Positions 27,096-42,085 of a DNA stretch of 64,000 bases are shown here, one piece after another. Location: positions 1 through 64,000 of the forward strand of contig JALDTO010000200.1 in NCBI GenBank assembly GCA_023515725.1, read 5' to 3'. The notes under the pieces were generated by a model. The model was not told the DNA's origin, did not search any database, and worked only from the letters and a program-made list of their open reading frames with translations. The translations under genes were made by a program, and so were the position numbers. The DNA is from Amoeboaphelidium protococcarum X5. Its lineage: Eukaryota; Fungi; Aphelidiomycota. Each line of letters opens with the position of its first letter. Within the stretch, counting starts at the first letter, position 1.

Positions 27096-27815
27096 TCATA
27101 ATTCATCTGCAGTGACAGGATGCTTCAACGGTATCATTGACAGCTTCTGTGGATCGCGCCAAAGACTTTTCCTCATATCTACATAATGGAATATCGATTC
27201 ATCAATTATAACAACCATTTCTATAAGGTGATACATGATTGATAAAATAAAGTCTTACCAAACGCGTCTTCATCGCCACTAGCAGATGAGCCATTCGGAT
27301 CGATGCAACCAGAGTAGTACTGCAAAACGCGGCGATATACAACATAACCCATTGAGGTATACATTTGGACAGCCACTTTATTACTCACCCTTACGAATAG
27401 ATCCACAAAAAAACCATCATAAAACTCCTGGGATACGCATTCCAAGTGGCTCATCAAAGTCTTTGCAACTCCAGTCTTTCTATGCGAGTTCAGGGTAGTC
27501 AGCGCGGTGACATGTCCGTGCCAGTTAGCACCAGTACCTTCAGCCTTACCCAGCACATATCCAGTAATAACGGCAGACTGTCCGGGTGAGTTCTAGGACA
27601 TAACTGATGATGACGGTGAACACGTCTTATAATTGAAGGTCGGCCATCGCAATAAATAAGTCAAATAATACGACAAATTGTAAGTCTCTGTCAGTGGATC
27701 AAGATTTCTACATGGTAACTCCAATGGCATGATATAAAATACATATACGAATTGAAGCATACATTTTTGATATTCCGAACAGATCTGTAGCCTATAACTC
27801 TCTCAGACAGCTCAT
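27096..27815 (-). CDS. NAT3: NatB N-terminal acetyltransferase catalytic subunit (Nat3/NAA20), two introns
   Basis: NLDPLTETYN, GKAEG..WHGHVTAL, FVDLFVRVSNKVAVQMY, EDAFDMRKSL after removing GT-AG introns 27708-27762 and 27179-27258. Confidence 0.93.
27179..27258 (-). other. Spliceosomal intron 2 of NAT3 (80 nt)
   Basis: GTAAGA...TATGTAG; removal restores EDAFDMRKSL. Confidence 0.88.
27708..27762 (-). other. Spliceosomal intron 1 of NAT3 (55 nt)
   Basis: GTATGC...CATGTAG; removal restores ..ISKINLDPLTETY. Confidence 0.85.
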
Positions 27816-28491
27816 TTTAAAGTGAATGTTGGAAGCGATTAATATATTGATCTGACTATGTAAAAAAGAGAGGAAATGCAGGACGCAGCTAGCGAATGCA
27901 AAAGTTCAATACAAAAGATCTATTATACAAATTCATTCCAAGTCAATTATAGGAAGAAGGGCGGATATTCAAGGCATCCGCAAAGCGTTTATTCTTCACC
28001 ATGACGCGTTGAGATTCCAGCTATTAGTCCAAAGGATTCTATGTAGAGTCAGCTTGGACTAATTACCGCTTCAATTACACACGCAATTATTTCACCTATT
28101 CGTCAATTTATGCTTCATTCAATTTCCCCTCATCTTCCAATTACTCTCTTAATTCAACACATTTGAGCTCTATATTCCTCCTTCGCTCGTGCTCTAACAG
28201 GTCACTATTGGCGGTGTCGCGTTTAACAATTTAAGATTTCGAGTCTTGAGCATTTTAAATCGACTTGTGGTATGGAGAATGTCGAGGCTTCAAATTAGAC
28301 AGATTCTTCTAAACATGCCCACTAGTACCAGTACCTCTCGGTGTTGGCAGACCTATACCGTTATACATGACAGAATTGGTGATTATAATTACGATTCGAA
28401 TCAAATGAATAGAAAAGAAGAAAGAGCTGAACCTATTGGAGTATCAAGTCGCAGCAAGCGATAGTAGAGCATTCATAAGTTGCATTAAATT

Positions 28492-29721
28492 CATTATCCC
28501 TTCTAGCCAAATGACATCACAAACTCTCTGTTCATACCGCGATCTTCAATAAAGTAGACTTGGACTGCAACGAGAACTGTCATTCGCCAATGATCAGGCT
28601 TTCCACGCATGTATTTCAATGGAAAGAACACTCGGAAGAAGGGTAAAGTCCAGCTAGCTTAAGGCATTCTTCACACTTGGCTTCAAGTACTGCCACTGTG
28701 GCTTTTAGTACACATACTGGCGCTCCATGGCGTCCCAGCGCATTTTGTCCTCGAAATAAGTATCATTCAACTGGTTAACTCCATTTCCGGCGCGATAGTT
28801 GATTAGTTCATAGAAATGAGCTCGAGGATCTTCATGAGACAGGAGATTTTCAAATAGTTTATAACTAGAAGATTGTACTCTTTTTGGGTGATGCTGCCAA
28901 GTTGCAGCAACCACCTACTGCCATAATCAAAGCGGGACCATTGATATCCTTTAACGAGTGATCATTCTTCTTTTACACTAGGAACTAAGTAATCTTGAAG
29001 CGAGAAATAATCACACAATTTACGCAAATACTTCACGTCATTATCACTGCTATCAGCTTGATCTAACGCCATAGTGAACATCTCTAAGACGCCATATTTT
29101 ATTATTGCCTCACGTAACATGCCATACTTCTCGTAAAATAATACTTTGCGAGGTAAAGGCTTTCCGCTGCGCATAAGTTTACAAAACTGTTCAGCCACTG
29201 CAGACACCAACTACTTTGCGTGAAAGCCAAGAATCTCTTCTTCAGCCAGATCGGCATTCAACTCTTCTGGTATTCCCTCATCTGCATAGACAGTCATGCC
29301 ATCAATCTATATGGGCACGGGATCTAGATGAGGCATCAGGTCATAACCTCTCAAATGTGTAGAGGGTGCTAGTGACCAAATCTTGGCCTACCTGAACTGA
29401 GTCAAGTTATCAAAGCTCCAAATAGATTTATAGCGCATAATTCTTCGCCTTTTCGTCAGTCTCATGCAAACTATCATGGAAGAAGTATTCATAATCAGCA
29501 GTCAGCTTGAGATTGAGATATGCATGTCTAAATGTGCAATAAGCAGTCATCAGAGGTCCATAATACGCCAAATATGATCCTTTCACGAACGCCCTTTACT
29601 CTTGAATAAATTTCTGGTACTTTCTGTTGCACAGTGATAGCTAAATCAAATCTACTGAGCGCAGATATCGCGAAATAGTGTTCTCTGGGAGTATCTGCGC
29701 AAGTTCGGCAAAATCAACCAT
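28492..29721 (-). pseudogene. F-box-like protein gene with several frameshifts and in-frame TGA
   Basis: N-terminal LAQILPENTISRYLRSVDLIQLSLCNRKYQ resembles an F-box; frame breaks near 29410-29450, 28925-28965 and about 28600. Confidence 0.55.
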
Positions 29722-29858
29722 TCTTCGTCTTAGTGATTATAAAATACAGAATGTTGACTAAGGATATTGTGATAAGCAAACTCGAAAAAGGTGAGAGATG
29801 TCATTAACAGTAAACAACAAGCGTTCCGGTTGATGATCATGCAAAATTATACCTGCCG

Positions 29859-30668
29859 TCACAGACTCTCTTAAATAAAATCAACAGCTTCTTTAAGCGC
29901 GTCTTGTTATGCCTTTATGGCCTTCTAATTATGAGGATTAGCGCGAATTGCCCAGCCATGTTCTACTCCGTCGTATGTTGTAACACGACTATTATTCGGG
30001 CGCGTATCCAACATATCTTTGACCGATTGCATGTCGGATGAGCTCCACTAGAAATCCTTTGATGGAAACTATACTAGCAGCGGACTTTTTACCTATTCTA
30101 GATCCTGAGGATGATTCCATTTAGCTGGATGAGTGGACACAATACACTTTATAGTCTCAGACACCGGACCAACACTGGTGACGGCGTGAAGACCACCAAA
30201 ACAGAATCCCACCACAGCAATCTTTGTATAGCTCTTCTACTGCATAGCGCGAAGAAAGCTTTACACCACCGGAGTGACTTTTGCGGGTGAATGAGTAGAC
30301 ATCCAATAAACCAACTTTGGCAGCGAGAATGAGAGTCTGACTGCACGAATACATTGATTGAAGAATCCAGTTTACTCGTCCATCATACCTAACACGCTCA
30401 GCGGCATCGGGTCATTCAATACAATATCAGGCACGTATGCTGGAATGCTCAACTTATCAGCAAGAGTGTCGGCCACCAGCCTAACATTCACAAACTTTTG
30501 ACCAAACACATCTGTCAGAACTAACAGTGCCGTATCTCCAGCTTCAGAACCGCTGATGTAACAATCCATTTCATCAAGCTACGTATCAACGCCCTTTGGT
30601 TCGCCTTAGTGTATATACCCGCTGACACAACATTCATTCACTGAATTTTATTACCCGCTCTCTTCCAT
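29859..30668 (-). CDS. Dienelactone hydrolase family protein (Aim2-like)
   Basis: ECCVSGYIHQGEPKG, LTDVFG, nucleophile motif GFCFGG, catalytic His in YDGVEHGWAIR. Confidence 0.9.
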
Positions 30669-30739
30669 TTAAATTACGGTGTGAAAGCAAAAAGAGACGC
30701 TTATTTTAGGTGATAAAAATTGTGATGGAAATCAAAAAG

Positions 30740-30813
30740 AGGTGCTACTCGGATTTGAACCGAGATTGAGAGAGTCAGAGTCTCTATTCCTAACCGAATT
30801 AGAACATAGCACC
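30740..30813 (-). tRNA. tRNA-Gln(CUG), canonical
   Basis: GGTGCTA-TG-TTCT AATTCGGTTA GGAA-T-AGAGA CT CTG AC TCTCT-CAAT-CTCGG TTCAAAT CCGAG-TAGCACC-T; fully paired acceptor and anticodon stems; T5 terminator. Confidence 0.95.
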
Positions 30814-31430
30814 TTTTGAGGTATTTGGATGAAAGATTGAAGGTTGACAAATTATATTTCCACAGGGTAACAATAAAAGATCTCGTAAGAGTCCTTTGAT
30901 TCTTTGATTGACATCTAGTCAACTGGTTGAAGACGCGATTGAGCGCTTTGATCTTAGCATCATTTTCAATTCATGAATACGTACCTTATTACTTTTGCTA
31001 GAAATTATCTCATTAATTTTAAACAATTGTCATTTACAACGTGTACAGTATATCGCAATGGAAATAAATCAAGCAGAGTTGTGCTGGACTGAACAGAATG
31101 TGGTCTTCGCGTTTTGTAACTCGTTCTGAGCCTTCGATGGAATAAAAGAATGGACTATATATAGAGAGATGGCTATTGTATATGTATAATGATTCTTAAA
31201 GCGGCACTAAGCAATCATTGTATGTACACCTACGCCTTATGATAATCATTATCAATGTTAGCAAGAACTGCTGTAACGACGAGACATCTTGTATTTTATA
31301 ATCGATTGAAACAGTACCGCATTAGGATGGGGACCAAAATAGACTTATGTTCAACCGCTCAATGCCTAATAAATGCTTTTAATTTAAGTAGAATCAATGG
31401 CTGAAATTCTCATATATTTACTGGATAAAA

Positions 31431-31502
31431 TGCGTTATCGTCTAGTGGTAAGGACACGCGACTCTAACTCGCATAACCTCGGTTCGAATCCGAGTAACGC
31501 CT
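31431..31502 (+). tRNA. tRNA-Gln with anticodon CUA (decodes UAG)
   Basis: TGCGTTA-TC-GTCT AGTGGTAA GGAC-A-CGCGA CT CTA AC TCGCA-TAAC-CTCGG TTCGAAT CCGAG-TAACGCC-T; anticodon at 31464-31466; T-run terminator. Confidence 0.93.
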
Positions 31503-31943
31503 TTTTATTACTCTGGATGTTTAAAATCATTGCTTGGCTCTACTATTTTAGTGGCGAGATTCATAAATTCTAAATATATTGATGGGAGAACCGTTCAAAA
31601 TCTAAAGTCTACTTATTTCAAACAGATTTAGAAATGAAAGAAATGCACAAGTTGATAAGCTATCAGAACGCGTTAATTAGAATAATTTATAGAGTATCGA
31701 TCAGATCTACTGTGCTCTTAAAACATTATGCGCCAAAAGATTGTATCGACTACTGTCTACTCTTAAGTAGGTGAGATTTAATATTCACTTAGTTTCCCTC
31801 TGCTCGAATGGATTAGAACGGAGGTGAATGCGTTGTTGTTGTTGCCAAGAAAGATCAGAATTAGATCTTCACTTTTACTTTCTTTCAACCTGAAAGAGTT
31901 TAATAATTATCTCTTAGATTGAATATCAGTTAGACATACCAAG

Positions 31944-33794
31944 ATGATTGCGGATAATGATGCCATAGAGATGGACAAACTATTTGATATAGTGCGGCCA
32001 CTGATAGTCAAGTATATTGCAGAGTGTGCAAGTGTTGATTAACCGATCATCAATGATATAGCTCGCCATCCAACTTAGTTACAAACTCAGCTTCACGACT
32101 TACTTAATTTAATTGATGATTAATCTAACGATAATGAAAAGAATACGGAAAGTTTTTAGAAAGTTATCAAGTAGACTTTATAATTCTCTATACGTACGTG
32201 GTCGCCACGATTTATGGATAAACTATACGCAGGCGTGCGGCCAGTCAGTGTGATTGCTGAGATGATTATTGCTGTTCTGAACACTAATGTTCACGTCTAT
32301 CACACCAGTCCATTCTTTACCATGGTGGAGCTGAAAATGATATAGAAATTGGGATCGCTGATGGGTTACTAGGCTGGTGTATGTGGTGGCTTCTTCGTAC
32401 CAGGTGGATCTTATTCAAATCTTCACGCTCTCATTACTGCACGCAATTTCATGTTCCCTGAGTACGTGTCAACTAAGCACACATCATCTAAAAACGGCTC
32501 CAAGTACCACTTTGCCAATAGATGTGGTCCGCTGCAAGTTATCACCTCATCAAGTGCTCATTACTCTGTTAAACACGCCTGTCTAACTGCCGGATTGATG
32601 CCGCAGAATATCATTGGCATTGATTGTGATATCAATGGGTGTATTTTAGTGAAAGATTTACAAAGGTATCTCTAGTCGACTCTTGAAGATTCATAATCTC
32701 AGGTGAGACCATTCTTTCTCCATATCACAGCTGGAACTACTGTACTAGGCTCTTTTGACAATATTAAAGAGTGTGTCATTATTGCGCATAAGTACGGATT
32801 GTGGGTTCATTTGGATGCAAGTTGGGGTGGATCTTTGGGATTAAGTTCTAATGCAGAGTCACGCGTGTATTTAAATGAAAGTAATTTATGTGATTCCATT
32901 ACGTGGAATCCTCATAAGCTTATGGGTATCCCATTGCTGTGTAGTGCTTTATTGTTTAAAGTTGGAAGCAAGGCTTAGGCTAATTCTCTCAAGGTTGGAT
33001 ATCTTTTTCATAATGATGCTGATGGTGATAGTGATGATATGAATGGTCTTCTGTCTCCTTTATCGCCTAAATAAGAAAGTTCCGTATTACCAAGTGGAAT
33101 GTCATCCTGGGATATTGGACAGAATACTCTGGGATGTGGTAGGAGAGCTGATGCCTTCAAGCTATTTCTTACTTGGACTTATGAAGGCTAAAGTAGTTTC
33201 TCTCAAAGAGTCGATCTCGCTTTGGCCAATGCACAGTACTTGTATAATCAGCTTTAAAACAGCGATCGTGGTCGATTTATTGGTACATTTATTCCGTTTG
33301 TCTAGCCTCAATTCACAAATGTGACATTCTGGTGGGTACCAAACTATGACACTCTAATTAAGATTCTGCCAGAGAATGTACGCGATTAAGTGAGGAACTT
33401 TGGCGGTGATACTTATAAGTTAGTAAGTGCAGTAAAGAGTGCTGATTATGATTTGTATCGAAATATGCTGTCAGTGTTCACTAGAATGGTTCATTATCTT
33501 GTGCGTAAACGCGGAAAGTTCATGATTGATTACGCTCCATTCTCATATAAAGACGGCGAGTAGATAGTAGAAGTTCCGTAATTTTGGCGTGCCGTATTTA
33601 ATAATCCTTTGATGACTCGAGAATTGGTAGATCAGTTAATGACAGAGATTGATACTGCTGGATCGTCTATTGACTGGATTTCTGTTTTCAAGATGTAAAA
33701 GGGTCGTGCTAGTCAAATGTCCATCGCGTCCTTTGATGGTCAATCGTCTCATGATGGAGATGACCAAGTTCTAGTTCAAGTTGAAAGATAATGA
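31944..33794 (+). CDS. Group II PLP-dependent decarboxylase (glutamate/cysteine-sulfinate decarboxylase, GAD/CSAD-like)
   Basis: PRFMDKLYAG, FVPGGSYSN, AHYSVK, TAGTTVLGSFD, WVHLDASWGG, PLP Lys in TWNPHKLMG, CGRRADAFK. Confidence 0.92.
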
Positions 33795-34290
33795 TAAAAT
33801 GTAGAGTCTAGAATTCATGATTTTGTAATTTAACTGGGCTTGCAAGTCCATAAAGATTGCAAGTTCCTTTGCTATGGGATTTGCGAACCTAGCCTAAATC
33901 CCATCTCTTTGAACTTGCTTAATTTAAAATCTTTTAGATGGTCTGGAGATAGATGCCAAAATTTTAACATTCATCAACAATATAACATCACATTTCTTCC
34001 CTGCATCTGATGTAAGGGGATTACAGTTACCTTAATCAAGGAAGAGATCACTGTTCTATACCTGCCGGCTAACTTTTGGCCGTAATGATGTTCCAAATCT
34101 GATACCGCAACACTCGATGACTACGAAATTCAATCGGCGTTTGGTCGAATTGTGCAACTACGGCTCAGCACGTGCTACACATGTCAAAATTAATAAAACG
34201 TTCGAGCGGCATTTAATCCTGCGCCACATTAGTTTTTCCAGTTAAAACCGCTTCCGCTATAAAAAAATATTTATCGAACACTTTTCCAAG

Positions 34291-35202
34291 ATGTTTTATG
34301 TGCTTCTATTTTCATGGCTGGTCCTGTGGGCTAATTGCTTCTTCCCTGCAATACAGTCAATGCGCGTCGGAGCTTTCATGAAGTCTGATATTAATGCCGT
34401 CTTGCGTAGTGGTGATTTTGTCAATGACAAGCATGTCTTCAACCGTCTGATGCATGAGATGACTGGTGGTGATACAGCGGTAATTGAAGCTATCAAGTAG
34501 ATTGCCAAGAATACCATGGACGGTGTGTCCTTCTCCCTCTATCCCATCATTTAGCACGCAAAGTAAATGGCACCTAGAATGGTGGAGAAGTCTCTTCAAA
34601 TGGTTTCGCGCTTCACTCAGGGGGCGAAGTATGCTGACGCGTCACAGAAACTGGTCCAGTTTGTCACACAGGCTACTGGTAGTAGCAATGAAGCAGACCA
34701 AGTACTAGACATTCTGGACAGTGCTCAACGTGATCCACTCGAGAGTACCCATCGTCTTATCCGTTTAATGTCTGAAACCAACGGATTCGTGGCGGATTGT
34801 ATAGCGAAGAGTCGTAGCTTGCTCAATGACGTTTAAAGAGACAATGGACAGCCTGATGGGATAGCGCGCTATAAAAATTTGCATCGCTTCGAGCATCAAT
34901 TTAATCATCCTATTGACACGTACAGACATTTGGCTGTGGCCAGTGTTGTAATTGCCGCTTTATGGTTGGTTACTGTGATACTTCAGTGTTTGATTGCTAA
35001 CAATACGTTTTTCAGAAGGACTTTCGCCATCTATAGAGTTCTGGCTGTTACGTACTGCCTCAGTTATCTCTTTATTTTGTTAGCAATCACTGGCCATCTT
35101 CCTTGGTTCACTGCACCTTTTATAATAGCACCTGTCGTCATTATATATGGTGCATTGGAATGGATTTACTCGTTACAAAGAATCCCCGAAGGAGATGCTT
35201 GA
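34291..35202 (+). CDS. Hypothetical membrane protein (signal peptide, helical ectodomain, about 3 C-terminal TM segments)
   Basis: Three same-frame track ORFs join through TAR codons; hydrophobic N-terminus and three hydrophobic C-terminal segments; TGA at 35200-35202. Confidence 0.7.
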
Positions 35203-35479
35203 GATTTTAAGCTATGTGATGCTGCCATTTGAGTCTTGGCTGTGATGCAATGTTTAATGGCGCCTTAAATATATGATACTAAAATATGTTTTTGTTCTAG
35301 TAAGATTTATGCTTTTAAATGAAATAGATACTTATCAGATTACGTCAGTTATTCTTCTTGTGCTGAGTCATTGAGCGTTAAATCTCATGTGTCAACTCAC
35401 TTCTTCTTCTTCTGTTTCCGATCGCCGTTGTAGTAGGTACCGTAGAAAAGTTAATTCTTCAACTTTTTTAATATTAAAT

Positions 35480-37085
<1,606 letters not shown>

Positions 37086-37193
37086 CATCGATAGCTAAAA
37101 AAGGAATAAATAGGATTCCACTTTAATTTATTAATTTATAAATATTTTGCCTTCAATGAAGTCAGGAAGGCCGATAACGTGCCTAAGGACAAA

Positions 37194-37646
37194 TCAATCC
37201 AGATAATTGTAACTGCCATCGTAATCTTTTCCATCAGATTAAGATTTAGGGATAAAATTACTGAAAGATTCGTAATCCAAGCGCTCAGAATAAGGCTCCT
37301 CTGTTTGGGAAGATTGGGCAAAGTGGCCATGAGAGGATCTCAGACTACCGATATCATCGTAAAGCCCTTGGGAGAAACCAGTTTTCTTATCAAAGTCAAA
37401 ATCCATATCAGAGCCCTGATCGTATTTCGAATAAGTATCGCCAAAGCCGTTATCACCATCATATTTAGACATTGCGCTCACCTTTGAGACGGCAGGATAG
37501 CGCGCAGTGGGAGCGATGGCACCACTGCGATAAGCGCCAGCGGAGAAGCGAGAAGGGGCAGCAGCTTTTTAGCCGTATAGACCGTACATAGCATCAGCGG
37601 ATAGTGTATAGAGCGCCAAGACAACTAGGATAGATTTCATAATCAT
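37194..37646 (-). CDS. Small secreted hypothetical protein (Tyr/Asp/Gly/Ser-rich)
   Basis: MIMKSILVVLALYTLSADA signal; open frame to TGA at 37194-37196. Confidence 0.7.
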
Positions 37647-37862
37647 GATAGCAACGTTGATATTATTTAATTTTCGGAATATTTTCTTTCTGTGATATTG
37701 CAACGCAATAAAAATGGAATCTAAAATCAGAGTTTAAATCTTGATGTGATCAATACGAATCGCGTTAAAAGGGGCAGCTTTCCCACGCTTAGAGGGCCTA
37801 TTGCCAATATCAGCATCATCTTTATAAAAAAACAGCTATACACCGTATATCATAGAGACGAT

Positions 37863-38501
37863 ATGATTAGACTGGTACTGGTACTTTTAATCTCTTTGTA
37901 AATTGTCTTTACTGCTCCTGTCGAGACTAGTGATGCTGATGATCTGTCTGGTTTAATCAGATCTGATAATGCCGATCATGCTTTGCGTCAAGACGAGTAC
38001 GTCGAGAGCGAGCTGGATCAGTCTCTTGATGAACTGATCAGTAGTATTTAGGGAACAAGTGAAGAAACAGGAAAACTGCTCACCTTGATAAAGTTGTAAA
38101 AGTCGCTTCGGCAGTGTTCTGCAGTTGAAGATGGGCTGAGAAATTATCAAGTACCGCGCGATTTCTTTAATAAAGACGCTATCTCTGAGCAGTATCAATG
38201 CGATTACTCTATGGATCAATACTTGAAGCATTACAATGTTCTCACAGGATCTGAGCCAATTATTCGCTAGGTTTTCGATCCATTATACGCGTTAAAGCAA
38301 GTCCGCCGTGATATTGACGCGACATACGCGAAAATTCATCAACTTGCAGGTAGGACTTCTACTTTGTCCTCATACAGACAAGCTTTGAAAGCTACCAAGA
38401 ATGTTCGAGACCGTGTTAATTCAGCAAGAAGGTTGCCTCATAATGTCAATCATAGAGGTACTCACGCTGTGTCGCCGATGAACCGTTTGACTAGAATATG
38501 A
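37863..38501 (+). CDS. Secreted hypothetical protein (212 aa)
   Basis: MIRLVLVLLISLQIVFTA-PVE signal; open in table 6 to TGA at 38499-38501; missed by the ORF track. Confidence 0.7.
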
Positions 38502-38662
38502 TAAGCTTGTCATTTCATCATGAGAAATGCCCCGTTCAGCATATCGTACTTTCGCTTAATGCTTTTGTTTCTGTTTCCATCCAGGTACATTACCGCACTT
38601 GTTGATTTTCAGATAAGCCAAATCTCTGCTGGTAATATTTAAATTATTGTAAATTTTCTTAA

Positions 38663-39748
38663 ATGTCCTTAAGATTCAACTGGCCACAGTTTAATGAAGA
38701 GTTCTACGCATTTGCGAAGCTGCACATAGCGAAAGCATTGAATAATATCAAGAACGACGTTATATCCGATATAGAAGTTAATGATTTATTTATGGGCTCC
38801 CAGCCTCCACAAGCGGAGATTATAGAAATAAGTTCCTTGGAGTTACAGAGGATAAAGGGAATTTTAAAAGTATCATACAGCGGCGACGCATTTATCTAAA
38901 TTAAGGCTAAAGTTTAAATAAATCCTCTAAGTCGTCTGCACCATCAGCAATAACATTCTCTCCTTCGCACTGGCGCTAGAGCTGCGTATAAACCATTGGT
39001 ACTTCCTCTGGCTTTGACGATCTCCCAGTTGGAGTTGGATGCCATCATGTCAGTTGCGTATAGTAAGTAGAATGGGTTGACGGTTAATTTCAAGAATGAT
39101 CCATTGCAGGGACTGAAGATTACTAGTACTTTTGATGAATTGGGAGTCAATGAATTGATAACTAAAGAGATTACAGAGCGGATTAGAAGTACTTTATGTG
39201 ACGTGCTGCCAGTCGTTCTCCATCAGCTTAGCCTTGGCTGGAATAAGAATTACCCGACTAGTAGTGCATCTCAGTCTGACAGTGCCAAATAGAAATCTGA
39301 AGTTGCATCGCCATTATCATCGTCTCAATCTCCCCAGTTGTCCAGTATTAATGCTCTTCCTTTAAAAGAGAAAAAGTTAAGACATATTAGAAAAGATGGC
39401 AATGACTCGGCTAGTAACTATTCTGGATCTGTTCACTCGGCAATTGTGTTTGGTCTAGGTAGTGCAAAGAAGATGCTTCCATTACCGACCATCTCCAATC
39501 TGTAAACTCAAACTTAGACTGGAATTGCTTACGCCTCATCAGTGCCTAACCTCGCTAAAAAATCAACTGCAGTGTAGAATAATCATCATAGGAAGCCATC
39601 TTTGAGTATAAAGACAGATTTAGGGGCATTCAGTGTAGCTGGGATTGGGTTGGCTTCTGCGACACCTTCAGCATTGGCCAATGCGTCATCTAATGCGAAA
39701 ACGCGCATCTCGAGGATCATTACGCGTGATATGTCGCCTTTGGAGTGA
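38663..39748 (+). CDS. MDM34: ERMES subunit Mdm34 (SMP domain)
   Basis: MSLRFNW..KALN..IEVNDLFMGSQPP..KVSYSGDAFIQIKAKVQINPL..GLTVNFKNDPLQGLKITSTFD. Confidence 0.88.
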
Positions 39749-40081
39749 ATAATGAATGTTTAAGTTCTGGCTCTACATCCTCCTATCTTGTATATTGCTC
39801 CGTTTTAATAGATTTCTTCTCCTCTCTATATATACGCCTAACTCTCCTGCTATTGTTTTTTTTTTGATAAATTAAATGGATGCGAAAATCTTTACCGCAT
39901 GGTGTTGTGACAATTGACAATTTAGAACTGCTAAAGCTTCCGTGTACATTTCTTCTGAAGTTTATCTATCTCTTGGTTGGTTCAATCGCGTCAACAACAG
40001 CTTTGTTTCAACTTTCCTTTACTCATAGGATTGTGCAATATTCAACGAGTTTAAGAGAGATACTTGCATTCAGAACTCTCA

Positions 40082-41548
40082 ATGAACAAGTACCAAGTGG
40101 TCAAGGTATTAGGTGATGGCTCTTTTGGTCAAGTGCTACTTGCAAATATAAAGAACTCCAATGCCTACTCTATTGATACGCGTCAAGTGGCCATCAAGAA
40201 GATGAAGAGGACATTTAAAGACTGGGAAGAGTGCTTGCGTTTGCGTGAATTAAAGACATTGAAGAGGCTCAACCACATCAATATTATCAAGCTGAGAGAA
40301 GTTATCAAGGAGAAGAACTAGTTATACTTTGTGTTTGACTATATCCGTTGTGGCTCTTTATACGATCTGATTCTGAAACACGATCATTTGGATTGGAACT
40401 TCAGTTTGGTTTCTATTGTTTCTGGCAGCATATTGGATGGTTTGGGTTATATGCACGCGAATGGAATATTCCACCGTGACTTGAAGCCTGAAAATATATT
40501 GGTTGATATCTCTGGTAATCGACTTCATACAATGTAGGTAAAAATTGCTGATTTTGGTCTGGCTCGTTTCATTGGAGATTCGAGTCCACTTACATAGTAT
40601 ATCGCTACTCGATGGTATCGCGCACCCGAAATTATTTTGAAATTTCAACTATATGATCAGTCTATTGACATATGGGCTTTTGGCTGTATATTGTACGAAA
40701 TGGTGACTTTGTAGCCCTTGTTTGATGCTCAAACTGAGATTGACATGTTGCATTAGATATGCTTGAAACTTGGTGGTCCGAGTGCTTTATCAGAAATTGA
40801 CATTCAATTAAAAGAAGTCGCGCTTTTAACAATGCTTTAGAAAAAGTATCCTGTTAAAAAGCAATAAGCTGATTTTAGTCTGCAATCGCATTAGATTCAA
40901 TAATCTATTCCGCCATTCAAAGCTACTGCGTCGACAGAACTGACGCGTCCACCGTTCAGCGGATTTATTAATAGCTGCCTTTAGAGTTGCATCAAATGGT
41001 AGCCTTAGGAAAGATCATCTGCCTAATAATTGCTACGAATTCTTATGTTTAAGCCATTTATTTTTCACAAAAAGTAGCTCTCGGCCTCTAATGCGCATAT
41101 TCCCAAAGAACTGGCAAAAGTCTCTTGCAACAACCAACCGGTAACAAAGGTTCTGAGGGATGCCAATCCTAATCGTTCAGTGTGTGAAGTTCCGGAAAGT
41201 CCCATTTCTCTTATTGAACGTGATGCAAAAGCAATGGATGCAGAGAATATGGGCCAAATTGCTCCTAGAAGATTATTTGACAAAGACTAGTTGAGACAAT
41301 TGGCTTCAAAGCAACAGGCGAATACGTTTAATCAGGATTATCTACCGACAAACGCGTCTAACTCTAAGTTGCTTATACAAAGTCAAGCACCTTATATCAA
41401 TAGCATGCATGGCAATATGTTGAATGTAAAGAACTCTCGGGAAATTGGTCGATTACCTGCGCGAAGCACAGTAAGACAAACAGTTTATGATTCCTCCAAT
41501 GAAATCTATGCTTTGTTAAACCGTGGTAGATCATCTGTGAGACGTTGA
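40082..41548 (+). CDS. MAK/ICK/Ime2-family (RCK) CMGC kinase
   Basis: [46 protein letters not shown][tag=Q][11 protein letters not shown]. Confidence 0.92.
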
Positions 41549-42085
41549 ATGGAATTATGTCATAAGTTAACTCATTCTGGTTGTGTGTACACAATCTGCA
41601 GCTGTATGGCTCTGACCTTTCGTAAATCCATGGCTATTGTTTGCCTATGCAGCGCCACACGCCCCTTGAAGATCAGTGATATTGTTTACTCAGTATCGGA
41701 CATATCGAAGTGATAAAAGTATCAAATTATAGCTCTTGAGAAGATGAAAATAAGTATATTAACAAAAATATATAATTCACTTTTTGAGAAGTCATATTTT
41801 ACCATAATATGTAAGGTTCTAGGCCTCCCGTGTTGATCGACAACTTTATTAAGGGGCGGACGGTTCTTTAGCGCCCAAAAATCTGTCAAAAATTTGATAA
41901 GCCAGCTACAACATCTAGATTTTACACAACTGAGTCCACCATCATTCGACGTAGCTGAGCCTTATGAATTCATATAGCTTTACTGACGCCTTAAGCTCCA
42001 ATTCTGGATAGTGTAAGCACATTACGTTGCATAGTCGCGAAATCATCTTTATCAATAGCCTCCGTGTGTAGAAAGTAAAGATCCG

